Positions 61,067 to 64,000 of a stretch of DNA of 64,000 nucleotides are shown in pieces. How positions within the stretch are numbered: position 1 is the first letter of the stretch; each line of letters opens with the position of its first letter. The stretch lies in NCBI GenBank assembly GCA_048571215.1, contig CP182352.1:1984001-2048000 (forward strand), given 5' to 3'. The notes below the pieces were generated by a model. It was not told where the DNA came from. It made no database searches and was given only the letters and a program-made list of their open reading frames with translations. The translations under genes and the position numbers were made by a program. The DNA is from Halarcobacter sp. (GTDB taxonomy: Bacteria > Campylobacterota > Campylobacteria > Campylobacterales > Arcobacteraceae).

Positions 61067-62503
61067 TTAAATAAAATTAGGTGCGTCGTTTGCAAATAGT
61101 ATCAAATCCCCTGGATGGGTTTGGCTTGCTAGGGTTGATTCTAAATCTGCTTTATTTTTTAAAATAAAAAGTTTATCATGGTCTATATTTGCGCTTAGTA
61201 AATGTGAATTTAATTCACCTGTTATAATTGCATAATCAAACTTTTCATTTATCTCTTTTGCAAATAAGATATTTGCTTCTGAAGTTGATTCTACTAGACC
61301 TGGGGTTACTATTACTTTTCTTCCTTCGTGATGGGTACAGATATTTACAGCTTCCAACATCCCTTCAAGATTTCCATTAAAACTATCATCTATAATAATT
61401 TTTCCACCTGCTTGTATTTTTTGCAATCTATGTTCAACTTGTGGCAAATTTTTCATAGCAATTTTAATCTCTTCAATACTCATTCCAAGTTCATATGCTA
61501 CAAGAATTACTGCGGTTAAGTTTATTGCATTAAAACTTCCAAGTATTGGGGCATGAAAATGCTCTTGTTTTCCACCAATAAAAATATCAAACCAGATCCC
61601 ATCAAGATTTGATTTAGTTACATTTAAATTATCTGGAAACTTTGTAATAGTATCATACTCTTTCATAGGTACAGATTCATGTACAAAACCTCTAATCATT
61701 TTAGGTGATTGCAAAATCTCCATTTTTGTATTGATAATATTATCTAAAGTTTTAAAGTACTCAATATGTTGTTCTCCAACAGAACCTAAAACACAATAAT
61801 CAGGTTCTAAAAAAAGTGTAATCTCTTCTATATCTCCACTTTGTCTTGCTCCCGCTTCTGCAATATAAATTTGAGTATCAAGGGGTAAATCTCTATTTAC
61901 ATCCAATACAATTCCAGCTATAGTATTTACAGATCTTGGGGTTTTATATACTTTATATTTGTTTTTTAAAATTTGATATAGATAGTTTTTTATAGATGTT
62001 TTTCCATATGAGGCTGTAATAGCTATAGTTTTAAGATTTGGTATTGCACTTAGTCTTTGTTTTGCCTTATGCTTAAATGAAATAAAAAATATTTTTTCTA
62101 AACCATATGAGATTGCATAAGATAGTATCAAAGGGATAAATATAGCAGTTGTATGACAAGACTTACTTGCTAAACAAAGTCCATGTATTGCAAAGGTTAC
62201 AAAAAGTAAGATTGCCAAAAATCTTTTTACACGACCTGTTAATACTAAAGGTCTATCAAGTTTTCTATTCCATAAAACAAAACTTGTCATATATAAAAGA
62301 TAAAAGTATATGGAAAAATATATATCAGGTATTATATAAAATAATACAATTGGTGCTAAAAAATAAGTTATGTGCCATTGCCATTTATGGTGTTTTAGAA
62401 CTACCCTTTCTATTTTGTAGTTGTACCATTGTAAATTGGTAATCAAATACCAACCTAAAGCCATTATCAAAATAACATGGGTAAAAATATTAAAGTATTC
62501 CAT
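61067..62503 (-). CDS. murF: Mur ligase, MurF-like, with N-terminal membrane segment
   Basis: AITASYGKTS, EAGA, HRLQ, IIDDSFN; downstream of ddl. Confidence 0.8.
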   Translation of the reverse strand: MEYFNIFTHVILIMALGWYLITNLQWYNYKIERVVLKHHKWQWHITYFLAPIVLFYIIPDIYFSIYFYLLYMTSFVLWNRKLDRPLVLTGRVKRFLAILLFVTFAIHGLCLASKSCHTTAIFIPLILSYAISYGLEKIFFISFKHKAKQRLSAIPNLKTIAITASYGKTSIKNYLYQILKNKYKVYKTPRSVNTIAGIVLDVNRDLPLDTQIYIAEAGARQSGDIEEITLFLEPDYCVLGSVGEQHIEYFKTLDNIINTKMEILQSPKMIRGFVHESVPMKEYDTITKFPDNLNVTKSNLDGIWFDIFIGGKQEHFHAPILGSFNAINLTAVILVAYELGMSIEEIKIAMKNLPQVEHRLQKIQAGGKIIIDDSFNGNLEGMLEAVNICTHHEGRKVIVTPGLVESTSEANILFAKEINEKFDYAIITGELNSHLLSANIDHDKLFILKNKADLESTLASQTHPGDLILFANDAPNFI

Positions 62504-63209
62504 TCTCTACTCTTTGTGATATATCTTGGGCATTTTTTAAGAAGAAATAATGATCCCCTTCATATGAAGTGAAACTACTATTTTCTATAAGTTCATGAAT
62601 TTTCTTTCCAGAACTAAGTGTTGTTGCACAATCTTCTTTTCCCCAAAAAATCATACCATTTTTTTTATAATTTTTAAAATAATCTGTAAAATCTTCATCC
62701 ACAACATTTTTAAAAGTTGCATACATATTTTCACTCATTTTATCTACATCTTTACTTCTAAAAACTTTTGTTAACGAACTAAGACCTAAACCATTCATAA
62801 GTTTTGCAAATTTTATTTTTAGTTTTACATCAAGAGGTTTTTCTTCTAAAATACCAGCAGTACTTAAAAGTATAAGATTTTTTGGATTTATAAGTGTTGC
62901 TACTTTTCCACCAAAAGAGTGTCCTGCTATTGCAACTATATTTGTATTTAAAACTTTAAAAAACTCTTCCATTATATTTGCATAGTCTTTTGTTGTAAGA
63001 GTATATTCATTTGAGCTTTTACCAAAACCTGGCATATCTACATAAATATGCCTAAAATTTGGTAAAAACTTTTCAAAAGCTTGTTTCATCACTTGTTTAT
63101 TTGAACCCCAGCCATGTAAAAAAACTATATCCTCTTTAGAGCTTGGATTTACTATCTCATAAGAGATATCAAAACTTTTTTTATCAAATATTATTGTCTT
63201 TAAAGCCAA
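62490..63209 (-). CDS. alpha/beta fold hydrolase
   Basis: FLHGWG, DMPGFGKS, GHSFGG nucleophile elbow, GDHYFF. Confidence 0.9.
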   Translation of the reverse strand: MALKTIIFDKKSFDISYEIVNPSSKEDIVFLHGWGSNKQVMKQAFEKFLPNFRHIYVDMPGFGKSSNEYTLTTKDYANIMEEFFKVLNTNIVAIAGHSFGGKVATLINPKNLILLSTAGILEEKPLDVKLKIKFAKLMNGLGLSSLTKVFRSKDVDKMSENMYATFKNVVDEDFTDYFKNYKKNGMIFWGKEDCATTLSSGKKIHELIENSSFTSYEGDHYFFLKNAQDISQRVENGIL

Positions 63210-64000
63210 TTATTTGCCCTTTGAAGCTTGGATTTTATTTACATACTCATATGTAATTGGAATTTTCTTTTGTTTTGGCAAAGAGTTTGCTAATGATACA
63301 AAAATGGTATTAAAATCTTCAAATAGATAATTTGCCATAGACCCAGGTATTGGGTTTATCTCATTTAAATACACCTCATCATCTTGAACAAAAAAATCAC
63401 ATCTTATTAGTGCACCTTCAAAAGTTGTATTGTAGATATTTTTAAAAGCATTTTCGATTTTCTCTTCCATTTGTCCACTTATATCTGCTTTTAGTGCTGT
63501 TGAAGTTCTGGCAAAATCTAAATACTTTTTATCAAAGTCTAAAAACTCTGCTTTTTGTGGCTCTTCTATAATAGAAAATTTAAACTCACCATTGACTTTA
63601 CATCCAGCTAGATTGTACTCTTTAATTCCAGAGATAAAAGGTTCAATTATAACAGCATTATCAAACTCAAAGGCTACATCAAGAGCATATTGTAACTCCT
63701 CTTGTGATTTTACAATTGATACTCCTATAGAACTTCCTAAGGTAACAGGTTTTACAATAACTGGATATTGTTCAACTATTACCTCGTCCTCTTTTGTAAA
63801 ATATTTAAAATCAACCGTTTTTACACCTAAACTATTTGCATAACCTTTTGTTAAAAACTTATTAAAACTTACACTACAAGCACCTTTTCTAGGGCCTACA
63901 TAAGGTATATTATAAAACTCAAAAAGTGAAGCTAAAAGCCCATCTTCACCATCTGCTCCATGGGTAATATTTAAAACGACATCTATATCAAGCTTTTTTT
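63210..64000 (-). CDS. ddl: D-alanine--D-alanine ligase (5' end beyond window)
   Basis: Frame is open to the window end: HGADGEDG, VKPVTLGSSIGV, RCDFF, NEINPIPGS. Confidence 0.93.
   Translation of the reverse strand, partial: KKLDIDVVLNITHGADGEDGLLASLFEFYNIPYVGPRKGACSVSFNKFLTKGYANSLGVKTVDFKYFTKEDEVIVEQYPVIVKPVTLGSSIGVSIVKSQEELQYALDVAFEFDNAVIIEPFISGIKEYNLAGCKVNGEFKFSIIEEPQKAEFLDFDKKYLDFARTSTALKADISGQMEEKIENAFKNIYNTTFEGALIRCDFFVQDDEVYLNEINPIPGSMANYLFEDFNTIFVSLANSLPKQKKIPITYEYVNKIQASKGK

Noticed and set aside
63210..63470. ddl as an 86-aa fragment or pseudogene
   Set aside because: Frame is open to the window edge; truncation is a window artefact
1..64000. tRNA, rRNA, prophage or integrase genes
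   Set aside because: None recognised; intergenic gaps are short and AT-rich with no cloverleaf signatures seen

Overview
AT-rich chromosomal segment of a Campylobacterota bacterium. Gene content and protein style point to Arcobacteraceae; this is inferred from sequence only. Core genes include uvrC-alr, two adenylate kinases, bioA, aspS, the complete S10-spc ribosomal cluster (rpsJ to secY-map-infA, 38.8-49.4 kb, minus strand) and the ddl-hydrolase-murF-HIT cluster. The accessory blocks are: (i) a methyltransferase-TPR gene divergent from an ATP-grasp gene and a diverged hemL-like aminotransferase; (ii) an orphan Tat-exported binding protein directly upstream of a histidine kinase; (iii) a rimB-like/rimK/deacylase, mgtE/zntB/mscS, M42-SnoaL-2OG block; (iv) a 1880-aa surface lipoprotein (PhoX + PKD + EEP + repeated modules) that continues through an A10 tract, out of frame, into an endonuclease I domain; (v) a lone SIR2-like DUF4917 gene followed by a ~215-nt highly structured non-coding element. 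No rRNA, tRNA, CRISPR array or transposase was recognised.
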